Positions 7,131-16,084 of a DNA stretch of 25,790 nucleotides are shown piece by piece (position 1 is the stretch's first letter; each line of letters starts with the position of its first letter). The notes under the pieces were generated by a model. That model was given only the letters and a program-made list of their open reading frames with translations. It had not been told where the DNA came from and did not search any database. Both the position numbers and the translations under genes were made by a program. This DNA is from an uncultured virus (IMG/VR IMGVR_UViG_3300034683_000273) (taxonomy: Duplodnaviria; Heunggongvirae; Uroviricota; Caudoviricetes): IMG/VR virus record IMGVR_UViG_3300034683_000273. One strand, given 5' to 3'.

Positions 7131-7556
7131 TTATATTTTGATTGGATTTTCCGGCATGGTCACATGGTTGATGGCACTGTTATGCCAACGGTACACCGTG
7201 GTTCTGTCGGCATGGAGTTCATCTCCAATCTGCTCCCAGGTAAGGTTATGGATATAGCGGTAACGCAACACCATACGCTCATCGGTATTGGCAACCTCAT
7301 CAATAACCGTGCGTATTTGTTTTTTCAGTTCCACAAGGTTGTCGATTTCGGCGTTGATTTTATCCTCCAACTCCATAATCTTAAAAACGCTGCGTACAAA
7401 AGGGGCATCCGTATTTCTTGAGGTTTGTACACGCTCCTCCCAAGTGGGAGAAGAAATGCTGCTCGACATTTCCCTCAGTTTCCCAAGTTCCTCAATATCC
7501 GAGTTGATTCTTTGGTCTAATCGGTATGCCTGTCCTAAATATTCTTTAACTTTCAC
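7131..7556 (-). CDS. RinA/ArpU/DUF1492-like late transcriptional activator
   Basis: KEYLGQAYRLDQRI N-terminus, coiled coil, C-terminal sigma-4-like HTH (VLRYRYIHNLTWEQIGDELHADRTTVYRWHNSA); sits just before the packaging genes. Confidence 0.85.
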   Translation of the reverse strand: MKVKEYLGQAYRLDQRINSDIEELGKLREMSSSISSPTWEERVQTSRNTDAPFVRSVFKIMELEDKINAEIDNLVELKKQIRTVIDEVANTDERMVLRYRYIHNLTWEQIGDELHADRTTVYRWHNSAINHVTMPENPIKI

Positions 7557-7777
7557 GATTCTTCCACCTCCGCTTGTAATTTGGAGATTAAAAACTCTCC
7601 ATCCACTGAGGTAAGTTCCCTATACCACGCAGAGCGGAAGAACCTCTCCACCTCGTCCTTCATAATTTTTGCTGACTCATTTCTGGGCCATTTTTTCAGT
7701 TTCTTAAGTGCTGCCCTGTAGTCCTTCACGGCTAACAGGATGATGCTGTTTGCGAGATTTTCATAAGGGTCGGTCAA
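7553..7777 (-). CDS. Conserved phage hypothetical protein, 74 aa
   Basis: DPYENLANSIILLAVKDYR...ERFFRSAWY..LT.VDG; 4-bp overlaps with both neighbours. Confidence 0.75.
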   Translation of the reverse strand: MTDPYENLANSIILLAVKDYRAALKKLKKWPRNESAKIMKDEVERFFRSAWYRELTSVDGEFLISKLQAEVEES

Positions 7778-9129
7778 TGGGCAGCACCTCCAATTCTTGC
7801 CTTTACGGAATCGATAAGTGCCGATTGGATTTTTTCCTTCTTACGAAGTGCCTTCATAACATCCTCGTCAATGGTGTCCTTGGCAATAATATGATGGATG
7901 ACCACGGTACTCTCTTGACCCTGTCTCCACAAGCGGGCGTTGGTCTGCTGATAAAGTTCCAGTGACCAGGTCAACCCAAACCATATAATCGTAGAACCGC
8001 CGAACTGGATATTTAATCCGTGTCCCGCACTTGCAGGGTGAATAACGGCAACGGGAATATCTCCGTTATTCCAATCCTTGATGTCCTGGCTTGTTTTTAT
8101 TTCCCTTACCGAAAAACGCTCCTTGATTCTCTGCAAATCATGGTTGTACCAATATGCCACAAGCACAGGCTTTCCGTTTGCACCCTCAATCAAATCCTCA
8201 AGGGCATCCAATTTTCGGTCATGGATGTGAATGACCTCTTTTTCTTCGTTATAGACGGCACCGTTTGCCATCTGAAGAAGTTTTCCGGAAAGTGCTGCAG
8301 CGTTTACGGCATCAATCTCCTCATCCTTAAGGTCTACCACCATATCTTCCTTCAAGGATTGGTACACCGACCACTCTTTTTCCGAAAGGGCAACAGGGAC
8401 TTCGTTTATAATGCATTCCGGCATTTTCAGAAAATCCGCTGATTTCATGGATATCGTAATGTCCGAAATCAGTCTGTAAATGGCATCCTCCGCACCAGGT
8501 CTTGGCTTGTAGGAGAAAATCATCTGCTGATTTCTCTTATCCGGCACAAAGAAGTTATTTCGGTAATGGGTGATGTATCTGCCAAGCCTCTGACCCATAT
8601 CGAGGATGCGGAACTCCGCCCATAAATCCATCAAACCGTTACTGGAAGGAGTACCCGTAAGTCCTACCATCCTTTTTACCGTTGGTCTTACCTTCAGAAG
8701 GCTTTTGAACCTTTTCGCCGCATGAGACTTAAAGGAAGAAAGCTCATCAATCACCACCATGTCAAAATCAAAGGGGACACCGCTTTTTGTAATCAGCCAG
8801 TCCACATTTTCTCTGTTGATTAAGTACAGGTGGGCAGGACGCCTTAAGGCTGCAAGCCTTTCTGCCTCCGTTCCGATTGCCACCGAATAGGTAAGACCCG
8901 TCAGATGCTCCCACTTTTCAATCTCCGCAGGCCAGGTATCCCTTGCCACACGAAGGGGTGCAATCACCAAAACCTTCTGTACCTCAAAGCGGTTCAGCAT
9001 CAGTTCGTAAATGGCAGTCAGTGTGATGACGCTTTTACCAAGACCCATCTCAAGGAGAACTGCCGCCACTGGATGTTCCAATATGAAGTTTGTTGCATAG
9101 GTCTGATACTCATGAGGATTGTATCGCAT
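7774..9129 (-). CDS. SNF2-family helicase/ATPase
   Basis: EMGLGKS (I), DELS (II), LTGTP (III), AGHGLNIQ (V), QTNARLWRQGQ (VI). Start is ATG 9129 or TTG 9132. Confidence 0.93.
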   Translation of the reverse strand: MRYNPHEYQTYATNFILEHPVAAVLLEMGLGKSVITLTAIYELMLNRFEVQKVLVIAPLRVARDTWPAEIEKWEHLTGLTYSVAIGTEAERLAALRRPAHLYLINRENVDWLITKSGVPFDFDMVVIDELSSFKSHAAKRFKSLLKVRPTVKRMVGLTGTPSSNGLMDLWAEFRILDMGQRLGRYITHYRNNFFVPDKRNQQMIFSYKPRPGAEDAIYRLISDITISMKSADFLKMPECIINEVPVALSEKEWSVYQSLKEDMVVDLKDEEIDAVNAAALSGKLLQMANGAVYNEEKEVIHIHDRKLDALEDLIEGANGKPVLVAYWYNHDLQRIKERFSVREIKTSQDIKDWNNGDIPVAVIHPASAGHGLNIQFGGSTIIWFGLTWSLELYQQTNARLWRQGQESTVVIHHIIAKDTIDEDVMKALRKKEKIQSALIDSVKARIGGAAH

Positions 9130-9391
9130 CAATCACACCTCCAATCTGTTCTACACTGTCAACGCAGTAAACCTTAAAGCCGAGGCTCTCCAACTGCTTT
9201 TTTCGTCTTATCTGTAAAGGACGCATCTTTTTGCCGGGAGCCTTGAATTCTACAAAAGCCATTCTCCCCATCGGCAAAAGCACCAGGCGGTCCGGCACAC
9301 CATCTAAACCGGGACTTACAAACTTCGGTGCGATGCCTCCCATATTTTTAACTGCTGTCACCAGCTTTTGCTCTATCTGTTTTTCACGCAT
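9110..9391 (-). CDS. VRR-NUC domain nuclease
   Basis: MREKQIEQKL...KFVSPG..GVPDRLV...FVEFKAPG...RPLQ. Confidence 0.92.
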   Translation of the reverse strand: MREKQIEQKLVTAVKNMGGIAPKFVSPGLDGVPDRLVLLPMGRMAFVEFKAPGKKMRPLQIRRKKQLESLGFKVYCVDSVEQIGGVIDAIQSS

Positions 9392-9399
9392 TATTTACT

Positions 9400-9680
9400 C
9401 CTTTCGGACAACCGGATGGACAACACCCTAAAAATTCCTATACGCGCGTACACATACATACACGCACCCACTGAACTACTTTTCTTTTATTTTTATTTCA
9501 ATAGGTTAGAGGTTGTCCGGTTGTCCTTAAACCATTAAAAATCGTTATATTTATTGGGTTTCCTTAATGGACGAGTGAGAGGACACCTTACTGGACAACT
9601 CCCACCCGTCCGAGTAGCCTTACTTGGACAACTTCCTCTTGTATCCTCGCTGTCGTCCGTAAATAGCAAAGGTTGTCCTT
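9400..9680. repeat. GGACAAC iteron-like repeats around AT-rich DNA; putative replication origin
   Basis: GGACAAC at 9406, 9418, 9593 and 9626; GGACACC at 9581; inverted GGTTGTCC at 9511, 9519 and 9671; T-rich tract at ~9479-9500. Confidence 0.65.
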
Positions 9681-11953
9681 TCGGTTTTCTCCCAATTTTC
9701 GATTTTTCGCATAATGGCTGCTATCGCATAGGAGTCCGCAGGTTTCATGGATGCACCGTCACGCCCGAAGCATTCGCACCAGATTTCCATGTTGCAGACA
9801 TACTGGCGCTGTTCCGTGCCGTTTGGCTTACCCCCAAACTCGTTACCACTCAGGTAGTTTCTGCGTTCATAAATTCCCAGATCAGACCAGTTCTTCGGCA
9901 GAAGGGTATCAAGGTATTCTCGCACTAAGCCTTCACGCTCATCAGTTTCCATTGCATCTGCCTGCTCGTTTACGGCCAACTGTGCATCTTCGCCTTCAAG
10001 ATACAATTTTTCTCCCTTCTGATAGAGAACGAGGGTTTCCGCCCATATCTGGTCAACCTCTGCTTTTGACAACTGCCATGCTTTTTTCTTGCCATTTCCA
10101 TGAACACGGATAGGCCAAAAACGGCGGTTGCCTGTAATGTCACGAAGGAAACCGCTCTCTGCATTGGTGGAGCCTACAATGATGCACTGTCTTGGATGGC
10201 TTTCTACATTTACCCCGTAAGAGGCACGATACTTGTCATCCGTGCGAGAAATAAAAGACTTTACAGTTTCCACATCGGTCTTTCGCATTCCGGCAAGTTC
10301 GCCAAGTTCCAGAATCCAATATCCCTGCAATTTTTCAGGTCCCGACTTATCCTTCATATCCGTAAGGGTAAGGGAGTCCGAAAACCAGTCGCCCGCAAGT
10401 TTTGCATAGAAGGTGGACTTGCCAATACCCTGGGGACCGTTCAAAATCGGCACTGAATCAAACTTCGTTCCCGGCACATAGATTCGTGCGACCGCCGCCA
10501 CCATCGACTTACGGCTGACTGCTTTGGTGTAAGTGGTATCATCTGCACCGAAGTAATCAATAAAAAGGGTCTCGACACGGGGAACGCCATCCCACGCAGG
10601 GAGGTTTTTCAGATATTCTTTGATGGGATGATAGGCTCTTTCTGCAGCCACGGCGAGAAGGGCATCCTTCGTCTTGGTAGGTGCGTAAATCCCGTAGTGG
10701 TTGGAAAGATACACTTTCAACCCTGCATTGTCGGAGTCATTCCACCCGGCTTTAATCTGCTCCCAGGGAAGACCGCCCTTTGCATCGATTCCGTCCCTGT
10801 GACAGTTAAAGGCGATGTTGCCAAGTCCCTCGTCATGACGGAGAATCAAGACCAAGTTATCCAGGGTGTCTTTGACCTTTCCCTGGCGGTCAATTTCCAA
10901 AGCGGTCTGCCAATCGGAATCACCAAATTCCTCATCTGCCTGTGCCATTCGCTCCTTGGCGAGATACAGTTTTACTTCATCCAAGGTAACCGCATAATCA
11001 GCCATCAGCTTAAAACTCTTTTTCTCATCTTCATCCGGAAAACGATGTACTCGCACCAGGTCAAAGGCATTGAGTTCCTTCTGATACGCAGGGTCTGTGG
11101 CATGATGGCTGTAAGCAAAGGTGTCATTGTCATAAACAACAAGTCCCGCCGTGCTTTGTCCGTTGATAAAATCGTATCTGCCTGCCGTAGCCGAAGGTCG
11201 GTACACATCGGACAGACACTTATCGATAACACCGGAAATACCACCCATTGCTTCACAAAAGGCCCCTACAACACCTTTTTTCTCTGCCGGATTCTGCTGT
11301 TTCTTTTTTCTGTTCGGTTCTTTAATCATGCTCTCCTTGGAGGTCATGGGCAGTCTGGAACAGTCACGCCAATACGGATGCTTTGCAAAAATTTCATCCG
11401 GGTTCAGAAGTTCTCCTTCCAAATGGCGATAAACAAACTCGCCGTTACTCGGAGTGGTAGGCCAATACATCAACTGATTCGGCAGGAAAGAACAAGGGTC
11501 AAAACAATCAATGCCAAGTTCAGCCGCAATAAATCTTGAGAGTGCGGCATATTCCTCCGGCGATACATCCCTTGTAAGCGGAGTAATAACACGGTATCTT
11601 GGTGCCTCTTTCGTATGACCGTGGGTAGAATAAATGCAGGACTCATAAGGGAACAGCATCTCATAGCGTTCCAAAAAATCGGCATCCGCCTCATCCACAT
11701 CCTGTGTCAGCATAGATCTGGACTCGATGTCATCCTGCTTACGGCGGCCACCTTTTAAGATGCCCGCCACAAATCCGCCTTTGTCCTTGATATTGTCACG
11801 CTCCGTCTTCGGCATTTTTGCATACTCTTCAGCCGTTTCCGTTGTACGGACGGTATTGGAGAGGCGTTCGCATAAAGCCTCAAACGATGTGCTGCTGTTT
11901 TTATAATTTTTCGCCGAACGGCTTGTGCCGTAGGCAATAGGAAAATCACGCAT
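9620..11953 (-). CDS. VirE/VapE-family primase-helicase replication protein
   Basis: Start ATG 11953. N-terminal primase-like motifs (QDVD, YSTHGH, PRYRVITPL); C-terminal Walker A GPQGIGKST, ILELGEL, GSTN, TGNRRFWP. Confidence 0.9.
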   Translation of the reverse strand: MRDFPIAYGTSRSAKNYKNSSTSFEALCERLSNTVRTTETAEEYAKMPKTERDNIKDKGGFVAGILKGGRRKQDDIESRSMLTQDVDEADADFLERYEMLFPYESCIYSTHGHTKEAPRYRVITPLTRDVSPEEYAALSRFIAAELGIDCFDPCSFLPNQLMYWPTTPSNGEFVYRHLEGELLNPDEIFAKHPYWRDCSRLPMTSKESMIKEPNRKKKQQNPAEKKGVVGAFCEAMGGISGVIDKCLSDVYRPSATAGRYDFINGQSTAGLVVYDNDTFAYSHHATDPAYQKELNAFDLVRVHRFPDEDEKKSFKLMADYAVTLDEVKLYLAKERMAQADEEFGDSDWQTALEIDRQGKVKDTLDNLVLILRHDEGLGNIAFNCHRDGIDAKGGLPWEQIKAGWNDSDNAGLKVYLSNHYGIYAPTKTKDALLAVAAERAYHPIKEYLKNLPAWDGVPRVETLFIDYFGADDTTYTKAVSRKSMVAAVARIYVPGTKFDSVPILNGPQGIGKSTFYAKLAGDWFSDSLTLTDMKDKSGPEKLQGYWILELGELAGMRKTDVETVKSFISRTDDKYRASYGVNVESHPRQCIIVGSTNAESGFLRDITGNRRFWPIRVHGNGKKKAWQLSKAEVDQIWAETLVLYQKGEKLYLEGEDAQLAVNEQADAMETDEREGLVREYLDTLLPKNWSDLGIYERRNYLSGNEFGGKPNGTEQRQYVCNMEIWCECFGRDGASMKPADSYAIAAIMRKIENWEKTERTTFAIYGRQRGYKRKLSK

Positions 11954-12374
11954 TCTTGTTAACCTCCTCACATTTTTCGTTGAACCAGCGGATAGTCTGT
12001 TTTCTCTTTTTTGCTACACCGATTTCGTGAGCCATTCCCTTGGAAATCACATCACCGAATACCCACAATTCATTGCATTTTCCAAGCAGCACATAATTAA
12101 AATGCATGGCATCCTCACGCTCTGCAGGATTTTCATCATCCATGAACTGCGGATATAACAAATGTGGTGTGAGAGGGATTGTTTTCTGCTCATAAGCAAA
12201 ACGGCTGTATTTTCTTGCCTGTTCCGTGTTGTATTTCGTATCCCCGGAAAATGGCGAACAGATATACACCAAAGGGCGAAAAGCGGACTGTCTGTCCGCC
12301 TTTGCCACATTGGTAATAGCCTCATAACTGGTTGGGTCATAGTAACCCTCGGAATTAAATCTATCGATTCCCAT
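11946..12374 (-). CDS. DUF4406-like (nucleoside deoxyribosyltransferase-like fold) protein
   Basis: Start ATG 12374 after CAGGAGGTG. LVYICSPFSG, PHLLYPQF, CNELWVFG..ISKGM.HEI. Confidence 0.7.
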   Translation of the reverse strand: MGIDRFNSEGYYDPTSYEAITNVAKADRQSAFRPLVYICSPFSGDTKYNTEQARKYSRFAYEQKTIPLTPHLLYPQFMDDENPAEREDAMHFNYVLLGKCNELWVFGDVISKGMAHEIGVAKKRKQTIRWFNEKCEEVNKNA

Positions 12375-12378
12375 TGCA

Positions 12379-13128
12379 TTACACCTCCTGCTCAATCAGA
12401 GGCTTCATGCCGTCCGATTTCATAAGTTCGTAGATAAAAAGGCGACCTTTCTGTGTCCAATAGGTATGCACCTTTGTATGGGTTTCTCCATCAGCCCCCG
12501 GATAACTGTGTGTCTTGGTGCTTGTGTAACCCTTCTGTGCATATTTCTGATACAACAACCAAATATCGCCCTGCTTGAACTGCACTCCCTTTTCATGGAG
12601 ATAACGGTTCATCCAGATAGCCGACTTTCCATAGTCCTTTGCGATGGCGGATGTAGAGATAAGGTCTTTACAGTTAAGAACCACATCGTAATAGCTGACC
12701 TTTGGCTGCATCTCCAAAATCTGCTGATTCTGTACAGCAATCGTGTCTGTCAGTTCCATGTTTTGGTGTTTCAAAAGGGCAAGCTGCTGATTGGCAAACT
12801 GCAATGCTCTCGCCATGACTGCTTCTGGCGAATTCCATGCTTCTTCCACCTGGATGAAATACTGACGGAATTTTCTGCCGATATCAGTACGCTGAATCAT
12901 GCAGAGTTGCTTTGCCATGTCAATAGAAAGCTGGTGATTTACTGCTGGGCGACCACCGGAACTTTCGCTCAAAAATGAGCAGAAGTCTGTGCCTTCTGTA
13001 AATCCGTATTCGCACATTCTCGGAAACCAATCCTTATATGCGGTTTTTACCTGCAAGGCATCATGCAAATCACGTCCGTTCACAGTAGGGCGTTCACTGT
13101 CATAGTGGATTTTGATTAATTCGTCCAT
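12379..13128 (-). CDS. Phage antirepressor (AntA-like N-terminus plus ANT/KilAC C-terminus)
   Basis: PTVNGRDLH..L.VKT.YKDWFPRM.EYGF.EG.DF; YFIQVEEAWNSPE.VMARAL; IAKDYG; TYWTQKGRLFIY. Confidence 0.9.
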   Translation of the reverse strand: MDELIKIHYDSERPTVNGRDLHDALQVKTAYKDWFPRMCEYGFTEGTDFCSFLSESSGGRPAVNHQLSIDMAKQLCMIQRTDIGRKFRQYFIQVEEAWNSPEAVMARALQFANQQLALLKHQNMELTDTIAVQNQQILEMQPKVSYYDVVLNCKDLISTSAIAKDYGKSAIWMNRYLHEKGVQFKQGDIWLLYQKYAQKGYTSTKTHSYPGADGETHTKVHTYWTQKGRLFIYELMKSDGMKPLIEQEV

Positions 13129-13171
13129 ATCGAATCCTCCTTAAAAATTTAATAGGCAGAAGGACTTGTAT

Positions 13172-13214
13172 CCCTCTGCCTATAAGCGAAGAATCCGATG
13201 GAATCGAACCCCCT
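13172..13214 (-). promoter_or_regulatory. Conserved 43-bp motif copy 1 (putative phage-specific promoter)
   Basis: AGGGGGTTCGATTCC-N12-GCTTAT-AGGCAGAGGG upstream of the antirepressor; near-identical copy at 17798-17840. Confidence 0.65.
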
Positions 13215-13218
13215 AATT

Positions 13219-15207
13219 TTAATCTTTTTTATAAAAATCGCATTCGTACCCGTCTGCACGAAGAAGCAAGCCTTTCGCCCAAGGCGGAGTCCTGCCCATC
13301 TGCTCACAGACGGCATCCAGGTTAACCCTGCGGTCGCATTCGATGATGATTTCATCGTGGACGTGGGCAACGATGTCGCAGTGGCTCAAGGTCTGAATGG
13401 CAAACATCAGAATATCCCTTGCGATTGCCTGTACCACGTTCTCTGTGAATTTAGGACCGTAGCTTTCCAGACGCTCCCACTTCTTTGTTGCACCCACACC
13501 TTCATAGGTCACTGCCTCGCCACCGAACTGGTTCTCTCCCATGCGTGGTTTCACATAGGCAAGCTGTCTGCCTGACGGAAGGGTCAGAAACAGAAATCCG
13601 CTCTGATAGTGAAATACAATGCCGTGGGTTTCCGTTCTGCTTTTTTCTTTCACGCAGGTCTTTACGGCACGGTCGATATCCCACCACAGCCTGGTTATCA
13701 TCGGATTGGCATTTCTCCACGCAGATACAAGTGGCTGAAGTTCCTCCTCCGTAAGACCCATCTCAAGGGCACCCATTGCTTTCAAGGCACCGACCGAACC
13801 GCCGTAGCCAAGGGCGAGTTCTGCGATTTTGCCCTTTTGACGCAGATGTCCGTTCACACCGTGCTTTTCAACCGGAACACCGAACATCTGACTGGCACTG
13901 CTGCAATAAATATCTTTGCCTTCCTCAAATACACGAAGACGCCACTGTTCTCCCGCAAGCCACGCAAGAACCCTCGCCTCAATGGCAGAAAAGTCTGCTA
14001 CGATAAATTTCCTGTCCCTTTGTGGTACAAAGGCAGTACGGATAAGCTGTGACAGGGTGTCTGGGATATCTTCATACAGAATTTCCAGGGCATCATAATT
14101 TCCACTACGCACAAGACCACGAGCCTCTGCCAGATCTTCCATGTGGTTTTGAGGCAGGTTCTGCAACTGAATCAGCCTTCCCGCAAATCTTCCGGTTCGG
14201 TTGGCTCCGTAAAACTGAAACATACCCCTTGCACGGTTATCCCTGCATACGGCATTTTCCATTGCCGTATATTTTTTCACGCTGCTCTTGGCAAGCTGCT
14301 GACGTAAGGAAAGCACATCGGTAATATCCTGTGGTGCTGTTTTGATTGCCGCCGCCACTTCCTTTTTGCCGAGGCTCTCCATCTCCATACCGTTATCCGA
14401 CAGCCACATCTTCATCTGCTGCACGGAGTTGGGATTGTCGAGATTTGTCATATCCTGCATTTTGGAGGTCAGATGGTCACGGCTTATACTGTCGATTTCA
14501 ATAGCCTCTTTCACAAGCACCATATCCACGCCGATACCACGGTCATTGATTTCTTCGCTCATATGGTATTCATCCCAAATCCTATCCGGCACAGGAAAAC
14601 GGGACAGCTTTGCCTGGATACCCATTTCCGTTTCCACGTCACGGAGGTTGTACGCCTTAAACTGCTGCCATTTTTCCATATCATGCTGTGGCAGATTTCT
14701 TGTGCGACCACCGTTGGTTTTAGTCGGCGCACAGGGAACGCAGAAGTATTTGATTAAGGATTTACCCTCGGTCAGTTTCTGCTTTTCCAATCCAAGAACC
14801 GCACCAACACCTTCAAGGGATAACGGCAGACCCAGGGTTGCCGACCAAATCATAGTACAGTGCCAGCTTGCCGGATTTAAGTAACGGGCGCACTCCTGCG
14901 ACAGCGGTTGATTGTCATGGAACGGGTCAAGGCTTACACCTATATCAGATAAGTACCTGGACAAACACACCCTCTCAAATGTTGCGTTATACGCCGTTTT
15001 TATAACGGCATCATCGGTCAGTGCATCAATAATCTCTGCAGGGATGCTCTCCCCACAGGCAAGGTCAACCACCTGCACAGCACCGCCGTCCACGGCATAA
15101 CCGAACAGTAATATTTCAAAATCCTCGCTCTCTGCGTATTTGTAAACACCACATTTTTGCAGATTGACCGAGGAAAAAGTTTCAATATCAATACTTAATA
15201 CTTTCAT
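13219..15207 (-). CDS. Phage family A DNA polymerase with 3'-5' exonuclease domain
   Basis: Exo I SIDIET; motif A ADFSAIEARVLA; motif B RQKGKIAELALGYG; motif C HVHDE. Confidence 0.95.
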   Translation of the reverse strand: MKVLSIDIETFSSVNLQKCGVYKYAESEDFEILLFGYAVDGGAVQVVDLACGESIPAEIIDALTDDAVIKTAYNATFERVCLSRYLSDIGVSLDPFHDNQPLSQECARYLNPASWHCTMIWSATLGLPLSLEGVGAVLGLEKQKLTEGKSLIKYFCVPCAPTKTNGGRTRNLPQHDMEKWQQFKAYNLRDVETEMGIQAKLSRFPVPDRIWDEYHMSEEINDRGIGVDMVLVKEAIEIDSISRDHLTSKMQDMTNLDNPNSVQQMKMWLSDNGMEMESLGKKEVAAAIKTAPQDITDVLSLRQQLAKSSVKKYTAMENAVCRDNRARGMFQFYGANRTGRFAGRLIQLQNLPQNHMEDLAEARGLVRSGNYDALEILYEDIPDTLSQLIRTAFVPQRDRKFIVADFSAIEARVLAWLAGEQWRLRVFEEGKDIYCSSASQMFGVPVEKHGVNGHLRQKGKIAELALGYGGSVGALKAMGALEMGLTEEELQPLVSAWRNANPMITRLWWDIDRAVKTCVKEKSRTETHGIVFHYQSGFLFLTLPSGRQLAYVKPRMGENQFGGEAVTYEGVGATKKWERLESYGPKFTENVVQAIARDILMFAIQTLSHCDIVAHVHDEIIIECDRRVNLDAVCEQMGRTPPWAKGLLLRADGYECDFYKKD

Positions 15208-15264
15208 AGCACATTCCTTTCTATGACAAAGGCGGCAGAAGAATATCCTCCGCCGCCGTCATGT

Positions 15265-15456
15265 TTACTCAGTCACATCTTCATTCTGTGCAGCCTTTTT
15301 CTGCTTACGCTTTTCACGGAAGGCTTTGACCTTCTTGACAATAAAGCTGATAATTTCACATACCGTCCACACGATGCCGTTGATGGCAAGACCGTAGATC
15401 AGGCAGAAAAGCACAATCACATCGACCTGTTTCATAAATTCGTATAATTCGTTCAT
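15265..15456 (-). CDS. Small single-pass membrane protein, 63 aa
   Basis: RBS GAGGT; hydrophobic VIVLFCLIYGLAINGIVWTV followed by a Lys/Arg-rich tail. Confidence 0.7.
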   Translation of the reverse strand: MNELYEFMKQVDVIVLFCLIYGLAINGIVWTVCEIISFIVKKVKAFREKRKQKKAAQNEDVTE

Positions 15457-15531
15457 ATCGTTTTACCTCGTATTTCGTAATTTTCGTTTATGGCAGACGG
15501 TGGTATTTCACACCGCCTGCCGGGTTTGCCC

Positions 15532-16080
15532 TTATGCCAGGAAATCATCATCCTCAACAGTGGTAAAATCATCGGTTGCGGAAGTACGGACGCCGAGATA
15601 CTCACCGTCACGGATTTTCTGGATGTTGCCAAGACCACAGGCAACGCCACGATTGCCGTTACTGTTAAATGCGTAAAAGTTCAAAGACACTCTCGCATAA
15701 CAGCCGGAGTAGACCTCGTCACGGTCAAGGATAGGCTTCACAGCCTTGTCCACAATCTGAGGGGCAGTGGTGCTGTTGGCGTTCACGAAGTAATGACCCT
15801 TATAGGCGTCATCGTCACGCTCAACATCGCCGTCACGAAGAGGCAACTTGATAGCGCCCTTGTTAGGTTTCTTGCCGCCGAACTTGGCGATACCTTCCTC
15901 AATCGCAGCATCCACCGCAGCGTTGATAGCGTTGATGGTTTCGGTATCGTCCTTCGGAATCAGCACGGATACGGAATATTTCTCTGCACCGCCATTAATG
16001 CTGACAGGCTCCCAACCGTGGAAGTAAGAAAGACGAGTGTTCTTGCCAGTGATAACCTTAGTTCTGTTTACGTTTGCCAT
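15532..16080 (-). CDS. DUF2815 family ssDNA-binding protein (T7 gp2.5-like)
   Basis: Start ATG 16080 after GGAGGA. RLSY...KYSVSVLIPK, LPLRDGD, VYSGCYARVS, GVACGLGNIQKIRDGE; acidic tail EDDDFLA. Confidence 0.9.
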   Translation of the reverse strand: MANVNRTKVITGKNTRLSYFHGWEPVSINGGAEKYSVSVLIPKDDTETINAINAAVDAAIEEGIAKFGGKKPNKGAIKLPLRDGDVERDDDAYKGHYFVNANSTTAPQIVDKAVKPILDRDEVYSGCYARVSLNFYAFNSNGNRGVACGLGNIQKIRDGEYLGVRTSATDDFTTVEDDDFLA

Positions 16081-16084
16081 AATA

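Noticed and set aside
10628..11539. 303-aa plus-strand ORF
   Set aside because: Antisense to VirE in codon register, no motifs; typical shadow ORF.
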